The notes under the pieces are model-generated. The model did no database searches. It saw nothing but the letters and a program-made list of their open reading frames with translations, and was not told the origin of the DNA. Shown here one piece after another: positions 1 to 11,041 of a stretch of DNA of 64,000 nt; the stretch's first letter is position 1; each line of letters opens with the position of its first letter. The position numbers and the translations under genes were made by a program. Source of the DNA: Wickerhamiella versatilis (lineage: Eukaryota); NCBI GenBank assembly GCA_030867685.1, contig JAQOWU010000008.1, positions 372,001-436,000 of the forward strand, written 5' to 3'.

Positions 1-1016
1 TTCGCATTCACTTTTATGACAGGTCCATCATTGATCCTAGGTTTATGATTTCCCTCATGTTTAGCTGCATAGTTAGGATGAACGGCGTGAGAGACATCAG
101 AGGATAGGAGGAATGACTTTGCCAGAGACTCATAAAAGTTTCCTGGTGCTAGTCGAGAAATTACAGCCTCCAAAAAGTTAGAAGCTGCGCCATGAGATGA
201 AGCACTGCCAACCTCTTCGTGGTCGAACAGCGATACTATAGACCCAGATGTATCATCCGAATTCATTTGAGCCCCTACTAACGCCTCCACAGCACAGAAA
301 CTTGAGTTAATATTGTCAAGTCGCCCCCCAAATACGAATTCATCATTGATACCTCCAATTTGGGCAGGCTGAGTATCATAAAGTACGAGCTCAAAGTCCT
401 CAATAGATTCAGGCACTGTATTGAGTTCCGACGAGAGAAGTTTAAGAAGTTCTGGTGCATGATCCTCATCTGCTGTCATGTTTCCAAGCCCTAGTAATGG
501 TTTTAGCTGGTCTTCTTTGTTGAATTCTAGTTTTGTCGATTGATCTCTTTGAAGATGTATGGCCAACGTTGGAATTCGCATCAATGGTTTCTCAATATGA
601 ACCAATCTGGACTTGTGGCTATTTCCAGAGCGAACTATAACTTTTCCAGCTAAGCTTAAATCGCGATCAAACCATGTTGGCCAGAGACCACCCCCGTAAA
701 TTTCAACACCGACTTGAAGGTAGCCGTTATTTCCGCAATTACTCTTAGGCTTCAATCTTAGTACAGGAGAGTCTGTATGTGCACCTAAGATACTGAATCC
801 ATTCCCAGGGGTCCATTTAGGACCCAAGGCAAAAGCTATGATGCTTGAACCATTGCGCACGACATAATGTTTGGTACTTGGTTTTATTGCCCATTTGTCC
901 CCCTCTTTGAGTTCCGTGAACCCATGCTTTTGTAAAATATCAACGACATTAGCAACTACATGGTAAGGTGAAGGTGAGGCATTAAGGAAGTCACGAAATT
1001 TCAGCACACTCTGCAT
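1..1016 (-). CDS. APE4: Aspartyl aminopeptidase (peptidase M18), 3' end runs off the window
   Basis: Translated by hand because it is missing from the ORF track. ATG at 1016 gives MQSVLKFRDFLNASPSPYHVV...RNGSSIIAF...GAHTDSPVLRL...VGVEIYGGGLWPTWFDRDLSLAG...IPTLAIHL...RLDN...LFDHEEVGS, which are M18 family motifs. Confidence 0.9.
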   Translation of the reverse strand, partial: MQSVLKFRDFLNASPSPYHVVANVVDILQKHGFTELKEGDKWAIKPSTKHYVVRNGSSIIAFALGPKWTPGNGFSILGAHTDSPVLRLKPKSNCGNNGYLQVGVEIYGGGLWPTWFDRDLSLAGKVIVRSGNSHKSRLVHIEKPLMRIPTLAIHLQRDQSTKLEFNKEDQLKPLLGLGNMTADEDHAPELLKLLSSELNTVPESIEDFELVLYDTQPAQIGGINDEFVFGGRLDNINSSFCAVEALVGAQMNSDDTSGSIVSLFDHEEVGSASSHGAASNFLEAVISRLAPGNFYESLAKSFLLSSDVSHAVHPNYAAKHEGNHKPRINDGPVIKVNA

Positions 1017-1510
1017 CTGCGATTACTCAATCAGCCTTTCATTCGACTGTTAACTTTTAATGTAAAATTAATCGCAAAAAATATAATTGAAATTTTCTAG
1101 TATTCAATATCTAGTCTTAAAGATGCATATTTGTAAAAACTCAGCCAGAACTGCATAAGCGATTTGGTTCAACTGATTTCAAGTGAGGTGTTGAAAGGCT
1201 CGCATTAGCGACTAGATGCAAGTAGTCTGATTGCTCATTCTTACTGTGACGAACCTAATAAAAAGATTTTTCAGATCATATGTTTATTTATCATGATCAA
1301 ATTAGAACGCCTCTGGTATAGTATTTATCATTAGGCTGTGACCCAACCGAGACAGAATTATGCTATATGCTTTACCTCAATTTCAAGCCAACCTATTTAC
1401 GTTAAATAGAGGATGATATGGCATTATACCTCAAAAATGACATTATCAGTGATCCTCACGCTCGTGTGACATGAACTTAGTTCCTGATCAAACTAACCGG
1501 AGTAGTAAGC

Positions 1511-2776
1511 ATGGCACTAATAAAAATATTTGTGAATGTTGTAACAGGGAATCAGGTTACAACATTCCAAGAACAATGTGCCGGTACTGGTGCAAATCGA
1601 GTGGTTCGTCCCTCACTGAGACAAGCTCGCTTTCTTCATCTGGTAAATCCAGAGGTCACCATTGCCAGTCTACATTCTGACCTCGAAAAACAGGCCAGTG
1701 TCACCAGTTCCCAGCTCATGGAAAAAAATTTTTGTCTAATACCAGGAGAATATTCAGTTGGTGATTGTGTCTCTAATGAATCAGAGGTATATCTGGTAAT
1801 TCCTACCAGTGCTCATCATAAAAGAGCTGAGAAACGTGTTCGAAGGAGGAAAAATCGGGTAACAGATGAAAATTCGGAAAACCAACCAGATTATGTTCCA
1901 GAAGAAAACTCCACAGAGGTATCTGAACCTCCTCTTAAGCGGGGCAAAAAAAACTCTTCTGCAACCACAACTCCTTTAAGTACTCCTAAAAAGGGAAATC
2001 AACGGACACATAACGCAGCAAAAGAAAAGTCTAATGGAAATTCTATAAGTTTCCAAAATGCATCCAACGAACGGTCGAAATCGGCTTCGGGTACCACCAC
2101 CTCGAGTGCATCACCAAAGCCTACAGCAAAAATAGCCACAGATCAATCAGAGAAATTGCCCGAGATCAAAGATAAAAGTCCTAGCAACAAAGAGACTCAT
2201 CTTTCACCAGAGGACGGACGAGATGGTCATACTAACGAAGGGGAAGGGCAGGCCCATCCCGGGAAAGAAGACGATGAGGAAGTGGGATCTTCCTCATCTT
2301 TACACAGTTCAGACTCAGATACAGATATGGAAGAACTAGAGCGTTCTCTAAGACGCAAGGCTGTCACTGCTCCTCGTAGTGCTAGTGCCACGCCAACGGC
2401 CTCAGCCTCAGCCTCACCAAGACCTTCCATTTCTACTCAAAAAGAATCAGCAGAAAGTTATCCGGGCCAGACCAATACCACTCCTGATATACCAAAGCAG
2501 GGTTCAGATGAAACCACAAAAAATACAAATTCTGTAAGAGGGCTTGCTCGTCTGCAGGAGCTATCTATTCCAGATGTACACGATTCTGTTCAGTCGCGTA
2601 ATAACGTCAAACTCAATAAAGAGAAGCCACCGTCTGACGTAGAGTCTGCCGAATCTAGCAGCTCCGTCAGTGGTACGAGCGAGAGCTCATCCTCCGAAGA
2701 GGAAGAAGAATCAGCTACAAATAAAAGAGCTGGCTCTGCGGGTAAGAGTGCACTCCGAAGTCTATTAAAAAAGTAA
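1511..2776 (+). CDS. Net1/Tof2/Dnt1-like nucleolar protein (Cdc14-binding N-terminal domain plus low-complexity S/E/K tail)
   Basis: N-terminal RFLHLVNPEVTIASL...GEYSVGDCVSNESEVYLVI resembles the Cytokin_check_N domain (KFLH...DF.V.DVF...VRVI). The rest is disordered and contains basic NLS-like patches. Confidence 0.55.
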   Translation: MALIKIFVNVVTGNQVTTFQEQCAGTGANRVVRPSLRQARFLHLVNPEVTIASLHSDLEKQASVTSSQLMEKNFCLIPGEYSVGDCVSNESEVYLVIPTSAHHKRAEKRVRRRKNRVTDENSENQPDYVPEENSTEVSEPPLKRGKKNSSATTTPLSTPKKGNQRTHNAAKEKSNGNSISFQNASNERSKSASGTTTSSASPKPTAKIATDQSEKLPEIKDKSPSNKETHLSPEDGRDGHTNEGEGQAHPGKEDDEEVGSSSSLHSSDSDTDMEELERSLRRKAVTAPRSASATPTASASASPRPSISTQKESAESYPGQTNTTPDIPKQGSDETTKNTNSVRGLARLQELSIPDVHDSVQSRNNVKLNKEKPPSDVESAESSSSVSGTSESSSSEEEEESATNKRAGSAGKSALRSLLKK

Positions 2777-2853
2777 GCTATTTTAATATGTATAAATAAA
2801 AACAACTATCTTTCTGCTTATAAATTCTACTACTGGGCTGGGTTCAAGCCAAT

Positions 2854-4194
2854 ATGTCCAGCAGTATGAATTATATACCGCCTTGGAGGGAGCCATATTT
2901 TATCGGCATAACTGGCTGCTCGGGTAGTGGAAAGACCACAATGACATCTAATCTTATCCGCCGACTTAACGTTCCTTGGACGGTTTTACTGTCGATGGAT
3001 AATTTTTACAGGCCTTTGTCTGCTGAAGACAGAGAACAAGCTTTTCAATCCAAATTTGATTTTGATTGCCCAGATTGTATAGATTTCAACTTGTTATACG
3101 ATGTGTTAATTCGCTTGAAGCGTGGAGAGAAGACTGATATCCCAATATATGACTTTAAGGAACATGATCGTACTAAAAAAGTTTCAACCCTGTATGGTGC
3201 CAATGTGGTGGTGGTAGAAGGAATTTATGCGTTGTATGATCCTAGGATACTCAATATTCTCGACCTGAAAATATTTGTACAGGAGGATTATGACGTTTGT
3301 ATGGCCCGCCGTCTACATCGGGATATACTCTATAGGGGCCGACAACTAGATTTGAGTATTCAACAGTGGGAACAGTTTGTGAAGCCTAATTATTTGACTC
3401 ACATATTACCCACCCAGAAGCGAGCTGATATGCTTATACCTCGTGGCATCGAGAACCAAGTTGCACTTGACGTCTTGTATTTACATGTGAAACAAATGCT
3501 TCAGCGAAAGTCACGGCAGCACCTCGAAGAATTGAGAAGACTCGGAATCTTATCAGGCGTTAAGCCCTTGGTCACTCAACTTGAACAGTCAAACCAAGTG
3601 ACAGCACTCGTAACCATGATTAAGAGTAGATTCACTTCCCGTGAAGATTTTGTTTTCGCAGTTGATCGAATAGCAAATCGACTAGTCAGTTTGGCCCTAG
3701 ATGAAAGCTTTTCTGATTTGGCCACTACTTCCCCCATGGTCACACCACAGGGGTATGATTACACCGGAACAAATTTACCTTTCGATCATATCTGTGCTGT
3801 AACGATGGTTCGTGGCGGGGAATGCTTTGAACACGCATTGAAGGCCAGTATACCTACAATATTCCTAGGAAGGCTGCTAATTCAATCAGATAATCACACA
3901 GGAGAGCCGAAGCTTCACACCGCTCGTCTTCCGCGGTGGATGGGCCGCGAGTCCAGGCATAAAGTACTTATAACGGAAGCACAGATTCTCTCAGGTGCAG
4001 CAATGGTTATGGCACTGGCTGTACTCGTGGACCATGGAATTCGTCAAGATGATATCGTAATGATCACCCTTTGGGCTTCCGAAATTGCTGTACGTCGCAT
4101 AAGTGCCGCTTTCCCGCACGTACATCAAATTGTGGGGTGTCTCGAGCCAGGAATGTCGTCTCTTGAACTGGATACACGGTACTTTGGTACGTAA
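2854..4194 (+). CDS. URK1: Uridine kinase with C-terminal UPRTase-like domain
   Basis: YIPPW.EPY.IGITGCSGSGKTT P-loop, SMDNFY, YGANVVVVEGIYAL, QWEQFVKP, followed by a UPRTase-like domain. Confidence 0.93.
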   Translation: MSSSMNYIPPWREPYFIGITGCSGSGKTTMTSNLIRRLNVPWTVLLSMDNFYRPLSAEDREQAFQSKFDFDCPDCIDFNLLYDVLIRLKRGEKTDIPIYDFKEHDRTKKVSTLYGANVVVVEGIYALYDPRILNILDLKIFVQEDYDVCMARRLHRDILYRGRQLDLSIQQWEQFVKPNYLTHILPTQKRADMLIPRGIENQVALDVLYLHVKQMLQRKSRQHLEELRRLGILSGVKPLVTQLEQSNQVTALVTMIKSRFTSREDFVFAVDRIANRLVSLALDESFSDLATTSPMVTPQGYDYTGTNLPFDHICAVTMVRGGECFEHALKASIPTIFLGRLLIQSDNHTGEPKLHTARLPRWMGRESRHKVLITEAQILSGAAMVMALAVLVDHGIRQDDIVMITLWASEIAVRRISAAFPHVHQIVGCLEPGMSSLELDTRYFGT

Positions 4195-4237
4195 GTGTTA
4201 GATGCATACATTAAAAATTCAGTCAGACTATTTATTG

Positions 4238-5740
4238 TCAGTATTCGAAAAGATCCTTAATATCAGGATCATGCACTGAAGATAATTTTGGCTCTCTTGC
4301 CTTAGCGACCCAATCTAGCTTCTGTAGTTCTTGAATAGTAATTCTTTGCTCGCGACGTTGCAGGCATTTTTCTACAATTTCTTTTCCGCCTTGCCACTCC
4401 GGCTCAACTGTTGAGCGTTTGTACCAAGTCCAGCATATTCGAGCGATGCGATGCTTAGCTCGGCTCCTAATCCTTGGTCCACTACTATTTGGTGACGAAG
4501 GAGGTGGATCAAATGGCAGTCTCCCTTCCAGCATTGCATAGAGTAAAACACCAAGCGCCCAACAGTCTGTTTCACGGCCATCATAAGGCCTTCCCATGAG
4601 CAATTCGGGAGATACGTAGTCTTCAGATCCGCAGCGAGTTGTAAGTAAGGGGTTCAGTGAGTCAATGCGGCGTGCTAGCCCCAGGTCTGTTAATACTGCA
4701 ATTGGATGAGATAAGTGTATAGGATCCTCAAGTTTTAAAAGGTTCTGGACATCAATATCCAGCAACACATTTTCGAGTTTGATATCACGATGTACCACGA
4801 GGTTTTCATGCAAGTATGCAACTGCATCGACAATGTCAGCAAAAATACGTCTGATTAGGTTACAACTAAGTCTTGAACGAAACTTGGCAATAAGATCGAA
4901 AAGGTCACCACCAGGGCAATATGGTAATACACTGAGAGCTCTTTCGCCATCAATATTGAACGCCAGTAATCGCATTATGCAAGGGTGAGGCGGAAGATCT
5001 ACTAGAAGCTCAATGTCACGTCTTAAGGCCTCCTCAAGCTGAAGACGTTGGGGGGAACCAGGATCACCCCTTAATGTCGTAGTTTTTACTGCGACCAGCA
5101 TATTAAGAGCTTTTGTCATGTTGACCGGCCTTACATGGGAAAGCACGGGTCTTGCCAAGACAACATCACTAAAGCTCCCTTTACCCAAAAAGCTAACACG
5201 CTCCCATGTACTTAGATGCATATCTCGATCAAATGCTAAGTATATATCATTCTCTTTGCTTTGACCTGGGAATACTACTGGGTTTGGAGTTGGGGGGAGC
5301 AATTCTCGGTGAAGACGGGTAGAGCTCTGGCGATTCAAGTCCATTGACGGGACATCTCGAGGCATTCCGCGTTTCGGTATCTTGATATTTGCATCAAGTG
5401 GAATTTGTATCGTTTGAGGTCTTACAACTCTACGTGGGATGTCCTCATTATTATTGTCTTCATCTGCCTCAATGGGGCTAGCAAGGATCATTTTGTGCAT
5501 ACGAGCACTGGGGGGTCGAATAGCTAAACTACTAGGATAACGCACGGAGCCATTGAAAGATTCGAATATCCCATTATCAGCGGATTGTAGCAATGGGGTT
5601 GGGAGAGTGGAAACTTCTCCAAGTGGCGGAGAGCTGTCCCCCAAGTCAGTTATTAGCTGTAGCTGGGGTAAAGTTCCATTTTTTTTCGCTTCTTTATCAT
5701 CTGGTTGCTCATTTGAAGCACCCAAACCTTCATGAACCAT
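4238..5740 (-). CDS. PRR1: Ser/Thr protein kinase, Prr1-like
   Basis: LGKGSFS, VAVK, HRDIKLEN, TDLGLA, RCGSEDYVSPELLMG..YDG, RLPFDPPP are typical of Prr1. Confidence 0.75.
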   Translation of the reverse strand: MVHEGLGASNEQPDDKEAKKNGTLPQLQLITDLGDSSPPLGEVSTLPTPLLQSADNGIFESFNGSVRYPSSLAIRPPSARMHKMILASPIEADEDNNNEDIPRRVVRPQTIQIPLDANIKIPKRGMPRDVPSMDLNRQSSTRLHRELLPPTPNPVVFPGQSKENDIYLAFDRDMHLSTWERVSFLGKGSFSDVVLARPVLSHVRPVNMTKALNMLVAVKTTTLRGDPGSPQRLQLEEALRRDIELLVDLPPHPCIMRLLAFNIDGERALSVLPYCPGGDLFDLIAKFRSRLSCNLIRRIFADIVDAVAYLHENLVVHRDIKLENVLLDIDVQNLLKLEDPIHLSHPIAVLTDLGLARRIDSLNPLLTTRCGSEDYVSPELLMGRPYDGRETDCWALGVLLYAMLEGRLPFDPPPSSPNSSGPRIRSRAKHRIARICWTWYKRSTVEPEWQGGKEIVEKCLQRREQRITIQELQKLDWVAKAREPKLSSVHDPDIKDLFEY

Positions 5741-6117
5741 CTCACTTTACTAATACAGGATAACTGAGAAAGATGTCAACAAAAGATTGGGTTGGATATC
5801 TGGTTTGCTTTATGAATGAATCACATAATGGACTCTTTTTACCCACAGAAATTAAAATCTAGATATCTGTGTTATCTTTTGGAATAAATTTACATTTTTT
5901 ATATGATATACGCGCGCAGCCTAGGCCTGTGATCTCATCACACTATCCGCTGACAAGACGTTGGACAAAATATCTCTGGGAGCTTAGCCTTTTGTCAATG
6001 ATGTCGTTGCATCTAATGCTCAACAACAAGCGAAAATAACCAGTTTAATATATATTGATAGATATAAGAATTTTTGGGCTAATAAAATATATATTTATAC
6101 ATGCGTTCACATTGCAC

Positions 6118-6564
6118 TTAGTTTTTCTTATGAGAACTAGAACTCGTGATTCTCCGGCCCAAGCTTTTAAATTTCTTCCCAAAAGACGGACCCTTTGACT
6201 CGCCGGATGGAGTACGACTACTTGTAGGGCTACTCGGGACCGGGGATCGTGTTGAGCCTGTGCTGGCGGTGACCTTCGAATCCTGAGGCTCAACGGTGGC
6301 TGCTGGTCCCTTTGATGCCTTCTCAGGACCAGGAGCGGAAGCAGGCTGTGGTGATTTTGAAGGTTCCTGAGTTACCGATGATGCTCGTGGTCCCATTACA
6401 GGTGCCTTTCGTGCATCACTCTCAGGCTTTGGGGAGGGCTTTTCCAGATATTGCCCAGAGAACTCTAGATGGTTTGTCTTGTCTCCAGCATGATCAAGTG
6501 AGGCCAAGTCCCCTTGCACAAAGCTTTGTACAAAGTCATCTACGTCCTGATCCTCAGACGCCAT
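6118..6564 (-). CDS. Hypothetical 148-aa S/P/K-rich protein
   Basis: ATG-initiated ORF filling an otherwise empty gap. It has an acidic N-terminus, a disordered middle and a basic amphipathic C-terminus (SFGKKFKSLGRRI). Confidence 0.6.
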   Translation of the reverse strand: MASEDQDVDDFVQSFVQGDLASLDHAGDKTNHLEFSGQYLEKPSPKPESDARKAPVMGPRASSVTQEPSKSPQPASAPGPEKASKGPAATVEPQDSKVTASTGSTRSPVPSSPTSSRTPSGESKGPSFGKKFKSLGRRITSSSSHKKN

Positions 6565-6915
6565 AAAGAAACTACCTTAAAGGAAAGCGTTAATCGAAGG
6601 GATGGATCAGATGACAAATTGAGTTTCATAGTCGTCCAAAAGTCATAGCCTGACCTAGTTAAAAAGCTTGGAAAGTGATGCAATAATTCAGGATTAAGAA
6701 TTGTTCCTTACATCGTTTATGCTGGCACGGTGGCGGCCACGATTCAAGACGTCATATACCTTTTCCGTTCGGAAAAAGGTTACTGAAGAACAAGAATTCT
6801 ATTCTCTAATAAAAATGATACATAACTTCGAGTCTCGCTCTACTCGAGAAAGGAAATTCTCAGGGAGCTAAAGCTCATGTATGCAGGAAGAACATCCATT
6901 ACATAATTAAACTTG

Positions 6916-7725
6916 ATGGAGGAAGTGTCGGCATCTCAGCGAAGGGATAAGCGGAGAAATAACATTGCAGCTCGCTTGCGTAGCCTGAATGAAGTTTTCG
7001 AACAAGACAGAAACCAGCAATATAGCGAGCTTCTTGATAGCCTCAGGCGATCTCTATACGCACTCCATGCAGGGTCAGACACGGAATATCTGGAGAAACT
7101 TGGAGACCTGCAAGAATTCAGGGATAACAGACTAATGGAACTCTATCTCTGGGCTCAATATCAGACTGAGCAGGCAGAAAATCAATATAATGAAGATGTT
7201 GAGCAGGCCACTTCAAACTATGAATCAATGCTTCATACAGCGAAAGATAAGCTTCGTGCACGACTAGAACAGCAGCGTAAAAGGCTTTTTGATGATCGTA
7301 GCTTGTTGGACATTTCAACAGACCATTCCTTTTTTGCGGCTGCAGCGAACCCCGGTGCTGCAGGTAATCATCATACACCTTCTACAAGGGCAGCCGTAGC
7401 AGCGGTGTCTTCTGGCCTAACGGCTGCAGAACGTAGAAACCTTAGGAGGAGAGATTATGCTGATGAACTATCAGGGGTAAGTGGTAATGAGGGATCGAGT
7501 CCGTCCAGACGGGGAGTTCGGGGCGTTGGAGGCTCTGATACAGATACTGCTGGTGCGGCAACTGATCGTGAAATTGATGCTGTTTTTAAGGATTTTGACA
7601 CAACAAGACCCCGTCATGCAACAAAGAGCTACCAGGGTGTGAAAACCCTAAAATACGAAGAAGGCTTACAGGACATCGCTGCAATTCACGATGAGCGCCG
7701 AAAGTTGAATCGAATGCTGCGATAG
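6916..7725 (+). CDS. SDS3: Sds3-like Rpd3L/Sin3 HDAC complex subunit
   Basis: SQRRDKRR...F...R...Y...L..L..LH.G...EY, then a long coiled coil and RRNLRRR. First ATG is 6916; the track start at 6913 is TTG. Confidence 0.75.
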   Translation: MEEVSASQRRDKRRNNIAARLRSLNEVFEQDRNQQYSELLDSLRRSLYALHAGSDTEYLEKLGDLQEFRDNRLMELYLWAQYQTEQAENQYNEDVEQATSNYESMLHTAKDKLRARLEQQRKRLFDDRSLLDISTDHSFFAAAANPGAAGNHHTPSTRAAVAAVSSGLTAAERRNLRRRDYADELSGVSGNEGSSPSRRGVRGVGGSDTDTAGAATDREIDAVFKDFDTTRPRHATKSYQGVKTLKYEEGLQDIAAIHDERRKLNRMLR

Positions 7726-7791
7726 TTTTGTTGATGTGGTATAATTTAAGACCTATTTTTTCGAATCTCTAGGAAACCGGTTCGATTTGTA

Positions 7792-9495
7792 ATGGTTAGG
7801 ATGGCTGCGGCGGATAGGGACCAGGAGTTAAAGCATGCCGTTGAACAATGGCTGGCGTGGGATCCAGACCCATCAAGCAGAGAAAATGTTATAGCGATGA
7901 GTCCCGAGTGTCTTCGGCGAGCAATGATTCCACGTATTGCTTTTGGAACTGCGGGCTTACGTGCCGAAATGGGTCCTGGTTTTGCGAGGATGAACGATGT
8001 GACAGTCCTTCAGGCGGCGCAGGGACTAGCACAGTATGTATTAAATACAATACCAAATGCTCAGAAAAAGGGGATTGTAATTGGACATGACCATAGGCAT
8101 CATTCGAAACGCTTTGCAGAGCTTACAGCTACCGTCTTTGTGCTTCGACAATTCAGAATCATATATCTTGGTCTAGTGGTCACGCCTTTGGTCCCTTTTG
8201 CCATAAATCTTGAGCATGCTTCTTGCGGTGTGGCAGTTACAGCATCCCATAATCCTGCGAAAGACAATGGATACAAAGTGTACTGGAGTAACGGTTGCCA
8301 AATAATCCCTCCTCATGATACAGGAATTGCATCTGAAATAAACTCAAACCTCACTCCGTGGACATGGGATACTAGAATTGCCAGTGATATACTTAAGGAT
8401 GTGTACAGAGTGGATGATAAGTATTTTGAGCAACCATTTTGGCGGCGGCTTGTCAATGTACAGATGAATCCCACCTGCGTTTATACTCCTATGCATGGAA
8501 CTGGCCTGCCTTATGCTTTGAAGGCCTTGTCACTACTTGGTGTAACCCCTAAAGTTGTTGCTTCTCAAGCAAATCCTGATCCTGATTTCTGCACGGTGAA
8601 ATTCCCCAACCCTGAAGAAGACGGGGCACTAGATATCGCATACGAATTTGCTGATAAAAATGGCGCAGAGGTTGTGTTAGCTAACGACCCTGATGCTGAT
8701 AGGTTTTGCTGCGCGATCAAGGAGGATGGGTTCTGGCAGAAACTCACTGGTGATGAGGTCGGATTGCTCTTAGCTGACTTTATAATTCAAGGATCACATT
8801 CCAGTAACCAGGCAGTTTTGAATTCTACTGTCTCCAGCCAATCTTTGAAATACCTAGCGCAAAAATATGGCATCCATTACGAGGAAGCATTGACTGGGTT
8901 TAAATGGTTGGGAAATAGAGCTCTTGATTTGAGTAAAGAAGGTTATGATGTTGTATTTGCCTATGAAGAAGCGTTGGGTTATATGTGCAACCCGTACATA
9001 TTGGACAAAGATGGAATAAGTGCGCTTTATGATTTTGTCCGGGTTCTTCAGAGTATTTCAATTAAGGGATCAACGGTAAGAAAGGAACTGGAGCGCCTGG
9101 AATCCAGTATTGGGCACTTTACGACTCATAATTCATACTATGTCGTAGCAGAAGCTCAGAAAGTGAGTGAAACCTTCAGCTGCATCAGACAGGCTGGGGT
9201 CCCCAAACATATTGGAGATAATTTTCAGGTAACTGCTTGGCGTGACCTCACAACTGGGTATGACAGCACGACTCCAGATCGGAAACCCAGGTTACCAGTA
9301 TCACGATCATCTGATATGATTACAGTTGAGGGGACGCTCAATGGGTCCGAAGTTAGATTTACCACTAGAGGTTCAGGAACAGAACCTAAGCTCAAAGTTT
9401 ACATTGAAGCTCGCTCTTCGAGCCGTGAAGCTGCACAGAATGCTGCAGATGCGGTATGGAATTTACTTGGGGACACGTGGTTCAAATCCCTGTAA
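7792..9495 (+). CDS. PRM15: Phosphoribomutase / phosphoglucomutase (PGM2-type)
   Basis: FGTAGLR, catalytic TASHNP, metal loop DPDADR, LTGFKW, YEEALG, RGSGTEPKLKVYIE. Confidence 0.9.
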   Translation: MVRMAAADRDQELKHAVEQWLAWDPDPSSRENVIAMSPECLRRAMIPRIAFGTAGLRAEMGPGFARMNDVTVLQAAQGLAQYVLNTIPNAQKKGIVIGHDHRHHSKRFAELTATVFVLRQFRIIYLGLVVTPLVPFAINLEHASCGVAVTASHNPAKDNGYKVYWSNGCQIIPPHDTGIASEINSNLTPWTWDTRIASDILKDVYRVDDKYFEQPFWRRLVNVQMNPTCVYTPMHGTGLPYALKALSLLGVTPKVVASQANPDPDFCTVKFPNPEEDGALDIAYEFADKNGAEVVLANDPDADRFCCAIKEDGFWQKLTGDEVGLLLADFIIQGSHSSNQAVLNSTVSSQSLKYLAQKYGIHYEEALTGFKWLGNRALDLSKEGYDVVFAYEEALGYMCNPYILDKDGISALYDFVRVLQSISIKGSTVRKELERLESSIGHFTTHNSYYVVAEAQKVSETFSCIRQAGVPKHIGDNFQVTAWRDLTTGYDSTTPDRKPRLPVSRSSDMITVEGTLNGSEVRFTTRGSGTEPKLKVYIEARSSSREAAQNAADAVWNLLGDTWFKSL

Positions 9496-9679
9496 TATGA
9501 ATAGTTATATATGCGATATCATATATTGAAGTGACAAGAAATTGGCTACATATGATAGAATTAACTACACCCTTTTTATGCTAGACTTTCTTCGCACAAG
9601 TAGACAAGTACCTTTTCCTCCGAGATCCTGACTAATCAAGGCAACACGGAAGTGAGGTTAGCTAGCTACGGTAAAGCCC

Positions 9680-10891
9680 ATGCACAGTGCCTTGCTACCT
9701 ATTCATGAAAAGTATTTGCCACGGGAGCAACCAGATCAGCTGGTGCTGCCTCGTGAAGCCAGACGTCGTTTTGACAGGGCTTTAACCTTAATGAGAATAC
9801 GTGGGCGTAAATTCGCTCCTTTACGTATTCTGGCGGTTGTTGTAGCTTTCTTATTCCTTCTGAATATGTTATATCGCTCTGGAGACCAGCTTGAAACTGT
9901 TAAAAGTCTCTCTTCCAGTATCTCCTTATCGGAAAAAAATTCATTCTACGACTTTTCTAAACAGTCTTGTAGCGGCAATGAAGCAGCGGAAAAGAAAGAA
10001 CACGTCTTGATATGCATTCCCCTTCGTAATTCAGCTGATGTTATGGATTTACTCTTCGATCACTTACACAATTTAACATACCCTCACTCGCTGATTGATC
10101 TGGCATTTCTCATTAGCGATTCAACAGATAATACTGAGGGAAAACTATTGGCTAATGCTATTGAGGCGACTAAAAAGTGGTCCAAAAAAAACCAATTTGC
10201 ATCTCTAGATATATTTTCTCGAGATCTTGGTGCAAAAATAGGACAAGATGTGAGCCAACGCCACGGAGTGTTCGTTCAAGCAGAGAGGCGAAAGCTTATG
10301 GGCCGTGCACGTAATTGGCTTTTGACCGTAGCGCTGAAGCCACATCATTCATGGGTCTACTGGAGGGATGCTGATATCGAAGTTGCACCGAAAACGATTC
10401 TAGAAGATTTAATGCGTTTCGACAAAGACGTCATTGTGCCAAATGTCTGGAGACCTCTCCCTAAATGGCTAGGTGGTGAACAGCCGTATGATCTTAACTC
10501 ATGGGTAGAGAGTCCTCCGGCGCTTGAGCTTGCCAGTAGCCTTCCTGAAGACGATGTTATCGTTGAAGGATATGCAGAATATCCAACTTGGCGTGTCCAT
10601 CTGGCATATCTGCGCAACGAGAATGAGAATCCTGATGATATATTAGAGCTTGATGGAATTGGGGGTGTTTCAATTCTATCTAAAGCCCACGTGTTTCGCG
10701 CTGGCGCGATGTTTCCTGGTTTCGCATTCGAGAATCATGCTGAAACTGAAGGGTTTGGTAAACTATGCCGTCGTATGGGCTTCTCTGTCGCTGGATTGAC
10801 CCAATACACCGTATGGCATAAGTATGAGCCAAGTACTGACGACATAGAGCAGATGAAAGAGAGGGTTGCTAATGGGCTATCTATTGACTGA
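9680..10891 (+). CDS. VAN1: Mannan polymerase I subunit, Anp1/Van1 family (GT62)
   Basis: Type II TM anchor, RARNWL, WVYWRDAD (DxD), VPNVWRPLP, PYDLNSW and YPTWRVHLAY, the last matching Van1 better than Anp1. Confidence 0.8.
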   Translation: MHSALLPIHEKYLPREQPDQLVLPREARRRFDRALTLMRIRGRKFAPLRILAVVVAFLFLLNMLYRSGDQLETVKSLSSSISLSEKNSFYDFSKQSCSGNEAAEKKEHVLICIPLRNSADVMDLLFDHLHNLTYPHSLIDLAFLISDSTDNTEGKLLANAIEATKKWSKKNQFASLDIFSRDLGAKIGQDVSQRHGVFVQAERRKLMGRARNWLLTVALKPHHSWVYWRDADIEVAPKTILEDLMRFDKDVIVPNVWRPLPKWLGGEQPYDLNSWVESPPALELASSLPEDDVIVEGYAEYPTWRVHLAYLRNENENPDDILELDGIGGVSILSKAHVFRAGAMFPGFAFENHAETEGFGKLCRRMGFSVAGLTQYTVWHKYEPSTDDIEQMKERVANGLSID

Positions 10892-11041
10892 TTAGAATCA
10901 TTGACTCCTAGGCTATTGAACAAATTGGTGGAAAATCGTATTGTACACCCTCTTCAAGCATCACAAAACGAGAAAGCAAGAAACTCTTCAAAGCATCAAA
11001 TGAGTAAATATCGCAGTTTAGTTATCATATTAGTAATTCCA

